Under the pieces are notes generated by a model. That model saw only the letters and a list, made by a program, of their open reading frames with translations. It did no database searches and was not told the origin of the DNA. A DNA stretch of 33,602 nucleotides from Candidatus Limnocylindria bacterium (lineage in GTDB: Bacteria > Chloroflexota > Limnocylindria > P2-11E), in the NCBI GenBank assembly GCA_044866725.1, contig JBIOUD010000091.1:1-33602 (forward strand), in the 5' to 3' direction. Both the position numbers and the translations under genes were made by a program. This document shows positions 19,172 to 27,419 of this stretch, piece after piece. Position 1 is the first letter of the stretch; the number at the start of each line of letters is the position of its first letter.

Positions 19172-19192
19172 GCCGACGAGTATCTTGACACC

Positions 19193-20296
19193 ATGAAGTT
19201 CCCGACGTTCGACATGGAGCGGATGCAGTCCACGTGGGAGCACCGCGTCAAGTACGACCTCTCCGAGTCGGGCGTCGAGCCGCTCACGCTCGAAGAGGCC
19301 GCGCGCGACGTGAAGGAGCTCCTCCGAACGAAGCTCGGCTACGCAGAAGGCGTCGGGCTCGAGTCGACGCGCACGTTCGTGTCCGACTTCCACTGGAAGA
19401 GCACGGCCGAGAACGTCGTCATCACGACCGGGACGAGCGAGGCGAATTTCCTCGCGATGATGGCGCTCTTGAATCCGGGCGACGAGGTCGTCGTCGTCAT
19501 GCCGAACTACATGCAGGTGCACGGCATCGCGCAAGGGCTCGGCGCACGCGTCCGCGAGGTCTGGCTCCGCGAGGAGCGCGGCTGGACGATCGACATCAGC
19601 CAGCTCGCGTCCGCGGTGAACGCGAAGACACGCGTCATCTGCGTCTGCACGCCGAACAACCCGACCGGCCAGGCGCTCTCCTCACGCGAGATCGATGAGA
19701 TCGCGCGGATCGCCGCACGTCACGGAGCGTGGATCCTCTCGGACGAGGTGTATCGCGGCGCCGAGCGCGACGGGGTCGAGAGCGGTTCGTTCTCCGGTCG
19801 CGGCGAGCGCGTCGTCGTGACCGGCGGACTGTCGAAGGCGTACGGGCTGCCGGGTCTGCGGATCGGCTGGGTCGTCGCCCCGACGGAGACCGCGCAGGCC
19901 GTCCTGAAGCTCAAGGACTACAGCACCATCGCGCCCGCGAGCGTCTCCGAAGTGCTCGCGGACATCGCGCTCGAGCGGCGGCCGAAGCTCCTCGAGCGCA
20001 CGCGATTCATCTTGAACGAGCGGTGGCCGGCGCTCGAGGACTGGGCGTCGACGCACGCGCGCGAGCTCCACTGGACGCCGCCGCAGGCGGGTGCGATCTG
20101 CTTCTTCAGCTACCGGTATCCGATCGACTCGATGCCCCTCGTCGACCGGCTCATCCGCGACTACTCGACGATGGTCGTGCCGGGCGTCCACTTCAAGACG
20201 GAGCGGCACCTGCGCATCGGCTTCGGCGGCCCGCCGAACATCCTCCACTCCGGCCTGGCCGCGATAGACCGGCTCCTGACGGCCCTCGGCGACTAG
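19193..20296 (+). CDS. PLP-dependent class I/II aminotransferase
   Basis: Motifs PNNPTG, ILSDEVY and PLP-lysine GLSKAYGLPGLRIGW. Start ATG 19193 (MKFPTFDMERMQS). Confidence 0.92.
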   Translation: MKFPTFDMERMQSTWEHRVKYDLSESGVEPLTLEEAARDVKELLRTKLGYAEGVGLESTRTFVSDFHWKSTAENVVITTGTSEANFLAMMALLNPGDEVVVVMPNYMQVHGIAQGLGARVREVWLREERGWTIDISQLASAVNAKTRVICVCTPNNPTGQALSSREIDEIARIAARHGAWILSDEVYRGAERDGVESGSFSGRGERVVVTGGLSKAYGLPGLRIGWVVAPTETAQAVLKLKDYSTIAPASVSEVLADIALERRPKLLERTRFILNERWPALEDWASTHARELHWTPPQAGAICFFSYRYPIDSMPLVDRLIRDYSTMVVPGVHFKTERHLRIGFGGPPNILHSGLAAIDRLLTALGD

Positions 20297-20346
20297 CGGC
20301 ACGAGCCCTGCATGGCCGCTGGGCGAACACACGCACGGAGGTCTAG

Positions 20347-20490
20347 ATGAGCATCACGCTCCTCCTCGCGCTCATCGCGCTGGTCTGCGGCATCCTCATG
20401 CTCGTGTCCGGCCGCTGGTCCAAGTACCCCCTTTCCGCCGTCGCGATCATTTGTCTGGCCCTGGTCCAGAGCGGCCTTCTGACGCGCTAG
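20347..20490 (+). CDS. 47-aa two-helix membrane microprotein
   Basis: Not in the track. GGAGG SD 5 nt upstream of the ATG. MSITLLLALIALVCGILMLVSGRWSKYPLSAVAIICLALVQSGLLTR*, with GC3-rich codons. Confidence 0.75.
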   Translation: MSITLLLALIALVCGILMLVSGRWSKYPLSAVAIICLALVQSGLLTR

Positions 20491-20557
20491 TCAGGGCGGT
20501 CTCATTCGCTGAGCGGAACCGCCGGCCGCTGGTCGGTCGGATGCCTGTCCGGCTACC

Positions 20558-21403
20558 ATGCGCCCACAAATGGCGGCTCGTCCGCTCCATCTGTTCGAGG
20601 CCGGTGTGGTCACCGAACAGCGTTTCTCCGGCTTGGCGTCGGCGCCTGCCGTGCTTGCTGATGCCTTCGTCCGCGGGAACCCTCCCGAGAAGCACGTCCG
20701 GGTGCCGTTCAACGCGCGCGACCGCTGGCTGACGGCCGCCCGCGAGACCTGCCGCACCCTCGCGGACGGCGTCGAGACGTCGCTCCGCGCCGGCGGACTC
20801 GTCGGCATCCTCGGCGGGGAGTGCACCCTCGTGGCCGGGAGCCTCGCCGGCGCCCTCGCGGTAGAGCCCGACCTCACGCTCGTGTACGTCGACGCGCACG
20901 CTGACTTCAACACGCTCGCCACCACGCTGACGCATTACGTGAGCGGGATGTGCCTCGCGCACGTGACCGGACGTTCGGTCGCGCCGCTTCTCTGGCCGGG
21001 GTCGCGCAAGATCCTCGAGGATCGCGTCGCGCTCGTCGGCGGACGGCAGCTGGACGCCGGCGAGAAGCAGAATCTCGAACGCTCTCGCGTGCTGCACATC
21101 CCGTTCGACGCGGACAACCGCGATCCGTCGCGCGTCGTCGCGTTCGCCCGCCGCAAGAAGGTCTGGCTGCACCTCGACGTCGACGTCGTCGACCCGCGCG
21201 AGATGCCCGCGGTCGCCTTCCCCGCCCCGCGCGGTGTGCCGTTCAGCGCGCTCGCCGAGCTCGTCAGCCAGCTCGCCATGACGACGGACGTCCGCGGCTT
21301 CGAGGTCTGCGGCTACGACCCGAGCCAGGACGAAGGCCGCCGGCTCCCGTCGCGCATCGCGGGCATGTTCGCGTCGTTCGCGCCGCGCGCCGTCGCGGTC
21401 TAG
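20558..21403 (+). CDS. Arginase/ureohydrolase-family protein
   Basis: Motifs GGECT, YVDAHADFN, LHLDVDVVDP. Start is ATG 20558 or 20570. Confidence 0.88.
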   Translation: MRPQMAARPLHLFEAGVVTEQRFSGLASAPAVLADAFVRGNPPEKHVRVPFNARDRWLTAARETCRTLADGVETSLRAGGLVGILGGECTLVAGSLAGALAVEPDLTLVYVDAHADFNTLATTLTHYVSGMCLAHVTGRSVAPLLWPGSRKILEDRVALVGGRQLDAGEKQNLERSRVLHIPFDADNRDPSRVVAFARRKKVWLHLDVDVVDPREMPAVAFPAPRGVPFSALAELVSQLAMTTDVRGFEVCGYDPSQDEGRRLPSRIAGMFASFAPRAVAV

Positions 21404-21477
21404 GAAAACATCGGGCTGCGCGCCGCTCAGCCGCTCGCTCCCACGCTCACTTGACGTCGGCGTAACCTCTCCTGCCG

Positions 21478-22971
21478 ATGAATGAGAACGATCCGCTCCG
21501 TGGCGAGTTCGCGCGCGAGTTCAAGCGCCTCATCGACGCGCTGAACGCGGGCAGCTTCGCGGAGCAGACGCCGCTGATGAAGCGACTCAGCGAACACCTC
21601 GGCGGGAACCCGACGACGATGCCGATCGTCGCCGAGGAGTTCCAGGCGTACGAGCACCCCAATGTGCAGGTCGCGCTCGATGAGCTGCTCGGTGCGAAGT
21701 CGGGGCGCACGGTCGAGCTGGTCGGCATCGCGATGCAGAACAAGCGCTGGGGCGCGATGACGTTCTCGGACCTGCTCGCCACGAGCGGTCCGTGGGGACG
21801 ACTCTCCGAAGGCCCCGTCGACTTCACGAACTTCGAGCTCGATGTCGGGAAGATCCTCGCGTGCGTGCAGTTCGGACTCTTCATCGTGTCCGACGGCGCG
21901 AAGCGCTACGGCGTGTACGTCGGTGGCCCGCCGAATCCGGAGATGGGCCCGCGCGTGCGCTTACGAGTCGAAGTCATCGCGAGCGATCGCGAGATCGCCG
22001 TCGCGTTCCTCCGCGAGATGAAGGCCGCGATGGGGAGCCTCAACGTCTATCGCGGCAAGGTCATCTCGGTCGCGCCCGAGCAGTTCGGCGTGCAGGGACT
22101 CGTGAAGTTCCACAACCTGCCGACCGTCGCACGCGAAGACATCGTCCTGCCGGAAGGCGCGCTCGAGCGGATCGAGCGGCACGCCGTCACCTTCTCGGAG
22201 CACAAGGATGCGCTCCTCAAGGCCGGCCGTTCGCTCCATCGCGGCGTGCTGATGTACGGGCCGCCCGGCACGGGGAAGACGCTGACGATCATGTACCTCG
22301 CGCGACGCATGACCGGACGCACCGTCGTCCTCATGAGCGGCCCGTCGATGGGCTGGATCAGCCGTCTCGGCCCGTTCATCCGCGACCTGGCACCGGCGAC
22401 GATCGTCGTCGAGGACGTCGACCTCATCGCGCAGGAGCGCGGACTGCCGGGACAGCAGGCGTCGCCGCTCCTCTTCGAGCTCATGAACCAGATGGACGGC
22501 CTGGCCGAGGACATCGACCTGCTCTTCATCCTCACGACGAACCGGCCCGACATCCTCGAGCCCGCGCTCGCCGCGCGGCCCGGCCGCGTCGATCTCGCGG
22601 TACCGCTCCCGGTGCCGGACGCCGACGCGCGCCGCAGGCTGCTCGCGCTCTACGCGCGTGGGCTCGAGCTCGACCAGGTGGAGCTCGAGGACTACGTCGA
22701 GCCGACCGACGGCGCGAGCCCGGCGTACATCAAGGAGCTCCTGCGGCGCGCCGCGCTCATCGCGACGATCGAGTCCGGCAAGGCCCGCGTCGGCGATAGG
22801 CACATCCGCCAGGCGATCGACGAGCTCGCGTCCGGTGGAGAGCTCGCGAAGCGCATCGTCGGCTTCGGGACGTCGGCCTACCTGCCGCCCGCGCCGTCGG
22901 TCGGGCCCATGCGGCCCTCAGGATTCCCGGGCGGTCAGCTCGTGGTCACGCCGCAGCCGAAGAAGTCGTAG
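21478..22971 (+). CDS. AAA+ ATPase with an uncharacterised N-terminal domain
   Basis: Walker A GPPGTGKT, Walker B IVVEDVD, SRH TTNRPDILEPALAARPGRVD. Confidence 0.9.
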   Translation: MNENDPLRGEFAREFKRLIDALNAGSFAEQTPLMKRLSEHLGGNPTTMPIVAEEFQAYEHPNVQVALDELLGAKSGRTVELVGIAMQNKRWGAMTFSDLLATSGPWGRLSEGPVDFTNFELDVGKILACVQFGLFIVSDGAKRYGVYVGGPPNPEMGPRVRLRVEVIASDREIAVAFLREMKAAMGSLNVYRGKVISVAPEQFGVQGLVKFHNLPTVAREDIVLPEGALERIERHAVTFSEHKDALLKAGRSLHRGVLMYGPPGTGKTLTIMYLARRMTGRTVVLMSGPSMGWISRLGPFIRDLAPATIVVEDVDLIAQERGLPGQQASPLLFELMNQMDGLAEDIDLLFILTTNRPDILEPALAARPGRVDLAVPLPVPDADARRRLLALYARGLELDQVELEDYVEPTDGASPAYIKELLRRAALIATIESGKARVGDRHIRQAIDELASGGELAKRIVGFGTSAYLPPAPSVGPMRPSGFPGGQLVVTPQPKKS

Positions 22972-23085
22972 CACCGCTGTACGGCAGGGCCGCGCAGGCT
23001 CGAGGACGCCCGCGCCAGAGCCCCGCGACGATGCGCCCTGTCCTGGCGAACGCCCGGGGCGCACGCTCTCTGTGGGAGGTGTTCC

Positions 23086-23511
23086 TTGAGCGAGCGACTC
23101 ATCCGAGGCGTGCTCATCGCCCTCTGCGGGTTCGTGGCGCTTACCGCACTGCCCAGCGCGATCATCGTCGTACCGTCGCTCCCGGACGAGTGGCTGGCGT
23201 CGGGCCCATTCAGCGACTACGCGATCCCCGCGATCGCGCTCTTCGCCGTGGGCGTCGTCGCGGCGGCCGCTGCGTTCGGCGTCTTCAGCACGCCGAAGCT
23301 CGGCGCGCTCGCAGCGCTCGTCGCGGGCGTCGCGATGATTCTGTTCGAGCTTGTCGAGGTCGCGGTCGTCGGGATCGCGCTCGTCGAGTACCCCGACCTG
23401 CCGCAGTCGTGGCTGCAACCGATCTACTTCGCGATCGGCCTCGCGATCGTCATGCTGGCCGCGGCGCTCTATCGCGGCGGAGAGACTCGACTCGGCATCA
23501 ACGCGGCGTAG
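23086..23511 (+). CDS. Four-TM hypothetical membrane protein
   Basis: GGAGG SD before TTG; hydrophobic helices; 'WL..GPFSDY.IPAI.LF.VG' segment. Confidence 0.75.
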   Translation: MSERLIRGVLIALCGFVALTALPSAIIVVPSLPDEWLASGPFSDYAIPAIALFAVGVVAAAAAFGVFSTPKLGALAALVAGVAMILFELVEVAVVGIALVEYPDLPQSWLQPIYFAIGLAIVMLAAALYRGGETRLGINAA

Positions 23512-23513
23512 CT

Positions 23514-23699
23514 TTACTCCGCGTCGGCGGTGCTGGTGATGCTGAGGTCGCCGAGCCATTCCTCGAGCGACCTGCCGAGACGATCCTTTGATGCGGCCGC
23601 CTCGGTCTTCGACATGTGATGGGTGCGCGGCGGCTCCGGAAGCGGCCCGAGGCGGTGCGGCTTCACCGACGGGTCGCGCCAGCGCGTGATCTCTGTCAC
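23514..23699 (-). CDS. Hypothetical 61-aa protein
   Basis: GAGGA SD 7 nt before GTG; converges 2 nt from the opposite gene; no recognisable motif. Confidence 0.5.
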   Translation of the reverse strand: MTEITRWRDPSVKPHRLGPLPEPPRTHHMSKTEAAASKDRLGRSLEEWLGDLSITSTADAE

Positions 23700-23769
23700 G
23701 CGGCCATCCTCAGCACGAAGCGTTCCGCCCGGTAGCCCGCCTTGGTCGTGATTGCGTGCTGCTTCGGTG

Positions 23770-24516
23770 TCAGGCGACGCCGCGGACGGCCCACGCGCGC
23801 ACGTCGTGCGTGAACGGCGCCCGCGGCATCAGCGCACGGGCGCGCTCGCGGATCGCCGCGCGCCGGCTCTCGTCGACGCCGGCGAGGTACACGCCCGTCG
23901 GCCCGACCCCGAGCTCGAACGGCTGCCACCACGCCTCGAAGGTCGGGTGTTCAAGGCTCGCGCGGACGCTCGTGCTCTGGATATCGCGGAAGCCGGCGGC
24001 CGCGAACAGCCGCGCGAGGTGGCCCTCGCGCGTGCCAGGCCGATCGGTCTGGCGCTCGAAGCCCGGATCGACCTCGCGCACGGCGTCCCAGAACGACGAG
24101 GTGGGGTTCTGCTCCTCGTCCCACACGCACGCTGCGACCAGACCGCCCGCGCGCGTGACCCGTCGCATCTCGGAGAGGCCCGCCACGGGCTCCCGCATGA
24201 AGTGCACGACGAGCTGCGCGAGCGTCGCGTCAAAGATGCGATCGTCGAATGGCAGCGCCTCCGCCGACGCCACGCGCGTGTCGACCCCGGGATGACGCGC
24301 GCGGACCGCCGCGACGAACGGCTCGGAAGGGTCGATCGCGGTGACCGATGTCGTGCCGACGCGCGCGACGAGCTCCGCGGTGAGCGCCCCCGGTCCGCAA
24401 CCGACGTCGAGGACGCGATGCCCGCGCGCGACGCCGGCGAGGTCCGCCATCTGCCCGCTCAGCAGCGAGGAGTAGCGGCCCATGAATCGGTCGTAGGCGT
24501 CGGCGCGGCTGAACAC
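23770..24516 (-). CDS. Class I SAM-dependent methyltransferase
   Basis: Motifs AYDRFMGRYS, VLDVGCGPG, SAEALPFDD, LVVHFM, EMRRVTRAGG. Confidence 0.92.
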   Translation of the reverse strand: MFSRADAYDRFMGRYSSLLSGQMADLAGVARGHRVLDVGCGPGALTAELVARVGTTSVTAIDPSEPFVAAVRARHPGVDTRVASAEALPFDDRIFDATLAQLVVHFMREPVAGLSEMRRVTRAGGLVAACVWDEEQNPTSSFWDAVREVDPGFERQTDRPGTREGHLARLFAAAGFRDIQSTSVRASLEHPTFEAWWQPFELGVGPTGVYLAGVDESRRAAIRERARALMPRAPFTHDVRAWAVRGVA

Positions 24517-24667
24517 CTGCGCAACGTTAGGCCGTCTTCATCGAGGCGTCCGGTGCGCACTCCCGCCGCGGCCAAGCGGAGTCGCGACCATCGCCACTAC
24601 TGAATCAGGACCCTAGGGGTGCCCCGCCGCGACTGAACGCGGCGCGCGGCATGCCCACGCTACGCGC

Positions 24668-25897
24668 ATGGAAAAGATCGACACCGGCGACACCGCCTGG
24701 CTGCTGATGTCCGCAGCGCTGGTCATGCTCATGACGCCGGCCCTCGGCTTCTTCTACGGCGGCCTCGTCCGCCGCAAGAACGTCCTCGCGACGATCATGC
24801 ACAGCTTCTTCATCCTCTGCCTCATCAGCGTCCAGTGGGTGCTGTGGGGGTACTCGCTCGCGTTCGGACCCGACCACGGCGGGCTCATTGGCGGTTTCGA
24901 CTGGCTCGCGCTCCGCGGCGTCGGCCAGGCGCCGAACCCGGACTATGCGCCGACGGTGCCCGCCCTCGGGTTCATGGTGTTCCAGATGATGTTCGCGGTC
25001 ATCACGCCAGCGCTCATCACGGGATCGTTCGCCGAACGCAAGCGCTTCAAGGCGTTCGTCGTGTTCACGCTCCTCTGGGCGACGTTCGTGTACGACCCGG
25101 TCGCGCACTGGGTCTGGGGCACCGGCGGCTGGCTGCGCACGCTCGGCGCGCTCGACTTCGCCGGTGGCACCGTCGTGCACATCACGAGCGGCGTGTCGGC
25201 GCTCGTCGCCGCGCTCGTCCTCGGTCGGCGCCGTGGCTACGGACGCGACTCGCTCGAGCCGCATGACGCGACGATGACCGTTCTCGGCGCGTCGCTCCTC
25301 TGGTTCGGCTGGTTCGGCTTCAACGCAGGCAGCGCGATCACCTCGGGCGGGCTCGCCGCGAACGCGTTCGTCGTGACGAACACCGCGGCGGCGATGGGCG
25401 CGCTCACATGGATGACGGTGTCCTGGCTGCATCGCGGGGCGCCGAGCGTCCTCGGAGCGGCGGCGGGTGCCGTCGCGGGTCTCGTCGCGATCACGCCGGC
25501 ATCGGGGTACGTCGACGTCTCCGCTTCGATCCTCATCGGGCTCGGGGCGGGCGCGTTCTGCTACGCGGGCATCCAACTCACGCGACGCCTGCACGTCGAC
25601 GACGCGCTGGACGTGTTCGGGGTCCACGGCATCGGCGGCGTGTGGGGTGCGCTCGCGACCGGCGTGTTCGCGACCGTCGCGGTGAACGCCGCGGCGACTG
25701 ACGGCGCGGCCTACGGCAACTTCGCGCAGCTCGGCATCCAGGCCATCGCGGTTCTCGCTGCGGTCACGTATTCGGCGGTCATGACCTTCGCGATCCTGAA
25801 GCTCATCGACATCTTCGTCGGTCTGCGCGTTCCCGAGCACGAGGAGGTCCTCGGCCTCGACGCGTCGCAGCACCGCGAAGCCGCGTACCAGATCTAG
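24668..25897 (+). CDS. amtB: Ammonium transporter
   Basis: Motifs FYGGLVRRKN, FQMMFAVITPAL, DFAGGTVVH, WFGWFGFNAGS, GLVAITPASG, DDALDVFGVHG, and C-terminal GLD..QH.E.AY. Confidence 0.97.
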   Translation: MEKIDTGDTAWLLMSAALVMLMTPALGFFYGGLVRRKNVLATIMHSFFILCLISVQWVLWGYSLAFGPDHGGLIGGFDWLALRGVGQAPNPDYAPTVPALGFMVFQMMFAVITPALITGSFAERKRFKAFVVFTLLWATFVYDPVAHWVWGTGGWLRTLGALDFAGGTVVHITSGVSALVAALVLGRRRGYGRDSLEPHDATMTVLGASLLWFGWFGFNAGSAITSGGLAANAFVVTNTAAAMGALTWMTVSWLHRGAPSVLGAAAGAVAGLVAITPASGYVDVSASILIGLGAGAFCYAGIQLTRRLHVDDALDVFGVHGIGGVWGALATGVFATVAVNAAATDGAAYGNFAQLGIQAIAVLAAVTYSAVMTFAILKLIDIFVGLRVPEHEEVLGLDASQHREAAYQI

Positions 25898-25909
25898 AAG
25901 GAGGACCGA

Positions 25910-26029
25910 GTGGAACTGCTCGCCTTTTTGTCCTTCGCAGCTCTCGTGGTCGCGTGGATCGTGGCGCCAAACACCACGCAGGCACCGCTCTCTGAGACCG
26001 CGGTGGAGGCGCACGCCGAAGCCGCCTAA
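25910..26029 (+). CDS. 39-aa single-TM microprotein directly downstream of amtB
   Basis: Not in the track. AAGGAGG SD (25898-25904) begins right after the amtB stop, with GTG 5 nt later. MELLAFLSFAALVVAWIVAPNTTQAPLSETAVEAHAEAA*. Confidence 0.72.
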   Translation: MELLAFLSFAALVVAWIVAPNTTQAPLSETAVEAHAEAA

Positions 26030-26050
26030 ACTGTGTCTGACAACTTCATA

Positions 26051-26141
26051 CGACGGGGGAGCGCCCGGCAGTGGGGCGCTGAGAGTGCGGCAGACCGCAG
26101 ACCCCTGAACCTGATCTGAGTCATGTCAGCGTAGGGAGTCG
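26051..26141 (+). ncRNA. TPP (THI-box) riboswitch aptamer
   Basis: GGGG...GCTGAGA...ACCC.TGAACCTGATC......TCAGCGTAGGGA. P1 is cgac/gtcg; upstream of thiamine genes; possible -10 TAAACT at 26027-26032. Confidence 0.95.
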
Positions 26142-26159
26142 GAAGCAGTGGATCCGGAC

Positions 26160-26190
26160 CGCGGCGCTGAGAGGCGCCGCGTTTCTATTT
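26160..26190 (+). terminator. Terminator/sequester hairpin of the TPP riboswitch expression platform
   Basis: cgcggcgct-gaga-ggcgccgcg followed by tttctattt, running into the TTG start of thiN. Confidence 0.75.
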
Positions 26191-26839
26191 GAAGACGGTC
26201 GTGGTCGCGCATGGTGACGTCGCGCCCTCCGATCGTGAACAGCTCAGCGGCGCCGACATGGTCATCGCGGCCGACGGCGGAGCGCTCGCGCTGGAAGCCT
26301 GGGGCGTCCGCCCGAACGTCGTCGTCGGGGACTTCGACTCGCTCGGCATCGAGCGCGCCACTGCGTACCGGGAGGGCGGCGCGACCGTCGCGCGGTATCC
26401 GGTCGCGAAGGACCAATCGGACCTCGAGATCGCGATGCGGTTCGCGCTCGAATCCGGCGCGGACGACATCGTGCTCCTCGGCATCCTCGGCGGGGAGCGC
26501 TTGGACCATGCGCTCGTGAACGCGATGCTCCTCGCCGATCCGGCGTACCGCGGTCGCGGTGTGCGCGCCGTCTTCGGCGGCACGCACCTGCGCGCGCTCC
26601 ACGCCGGCGAGACGACCGCCCTGCGGGGCGCGGTCGGCGACACCGTGACCCTCGTGCCGGTGCGCGGCGACGCCGCGGGCGTGCGCACCGAGGGTCTGCA
26701 GTTCCCGCTCACCGGCCAGACGCTCCACTTCGGCAAGTCGCTCGGGCTCTCGAACATCATCGCGTCCGTCCCTGCGCGCGTGACCATCGAGCAGGGCGTC
26801 GTCCTCGTCATCGAGATCGCGAAGGAGGCACAGAAGTGA
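26189..26839 (+). CDS. thiN: Thiamine pyrophosphokinase
   Basis: Motifs IAADGGA, VGDFDS, KDQSDLE, GGERLDHALVN, GLQFPL, GLSN. Confidence 0.92.
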   Translation: MKTVVVAHGDVAPSDREQLSGADMVIAADGGALALEAWGVRPNVVVGDFDSLGIERATAYREGGATVARYPVAKDQSDLEIAMRFALESGADDIVLLGILGGERLDHALVNAMLLADPAYRGRGVRAVFGGTHLRALHAGETTALRGAVGDTVTLVPVRGDAAGVRTEGLQFPLTGQTLHFGKSLGLSNIIASVPARVTIEQGVVLVIEIAKEAQK

Positions 26840-27417
26840 CAAGAAGCAACACCTGGCGGACCGTCGACATCGTCGTGACGGCCGCCATCGCGATCGTCTT
26901 CGGCGTCGTGTTCGTCGCGTGGAACGTCGCGTGGAACACGATGACGCCGGCGTTCGCGGCGTTCCCGCCCGCGCAGAACATCTTCTACGGGATCTGGTTC
27001 ATCCCGGCGGTGCTCGCCGCGCTCATCGTGCAGAAGCCGGGCGCGGCGCTCTTCGCCGAGATCGTGGCCGCGAGCTTCTCGACGGTGCTCGGATCGCAGT
27101 GGGGCCTCGACACGCTGCTCTCGGGCGCGATCCAGGGCGGCCTCGCGGAGGTCGTGTTCGGCGCGTTCTTCTACTCGCGGTTCGACGCGCGGACCGCGGC
27201 GCTCGCGGCCGTCGCCGCGGCGATCGGCGCATGGATCCACGACCTCGTCATCTACTGGGCGGACCTGCCGCTCACCGATCAGCTCGCGATCGGCGTCTTC
27301 ATGGTCATCTCGGCCGTCCTGCTCGGCGGGCTCGCCGCGTGGTGGATCTACCAGGTGCTCAGGGAGCGCGGCGTCCTCTCGATGTTCCCGTCGGGCCGGC
27401 AGCAGACCCGGGTCTGA
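26836..27417 (+). CDS. ykoE: ECF transporter S component (thiamine/HMP)
   Basis: Motifs WRTVDIV, GIWF, KPGAALFAE, SQWG, QGGLAE; lies downstream of the TPP riboswitch. Confidence 0.9.
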   Translation: MTRSNTWRTVDIVVTAAIAIVFGVVFVAWNVAWNTMTPAFAAFPPAQNIFYGIWFIPAVLAALIVQKPGAALFAEIVAASFSTVLGSQWGLDTLLSGAIQGGLAEVVFGAFFYSRFDARTAALAAVAAAIGAWIHDLVIYWADLPLTDQLAIGVFMVISAVLLGGLAAWWIYQVLRERGVLSMFPSGRQQTRV

Positions 27418-27419
27418 CC

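Noticed and set aside
16875-19534. Track extensions of glpK (16875), the aminotransferase (18887) and ugpQ (19534) suggesting large overlaps or fusions
   Set aside because: Family motifs begin at 17067, 19193 and 19171. The extensions are read-through of neighbouring genes in other frames. The same applies to the track starts at 26919, 28250 and 30778.
22972-23085. GC-rich hairpin tgcgccc...gggcgca (about 23032-23063) between the AAA ATPase and the membrane gene
   Set aside because: No U-tract and no recognisable RNA motif; not distinguishable from chance pairing at this GC content.
23696-23932. 78-aa minus-strand ORF overlapping the methyltransferase 3' end
   Set aside because: Mostly an out-of-frame shadow, Arg-rich, with no SD.
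24530-24667. Possible glutamine (glnA-type) riboswitch before amtB
   Set aside because: The consensus core is not recognisable, and amtB looks leaderless, which leaves no transcribed leader.
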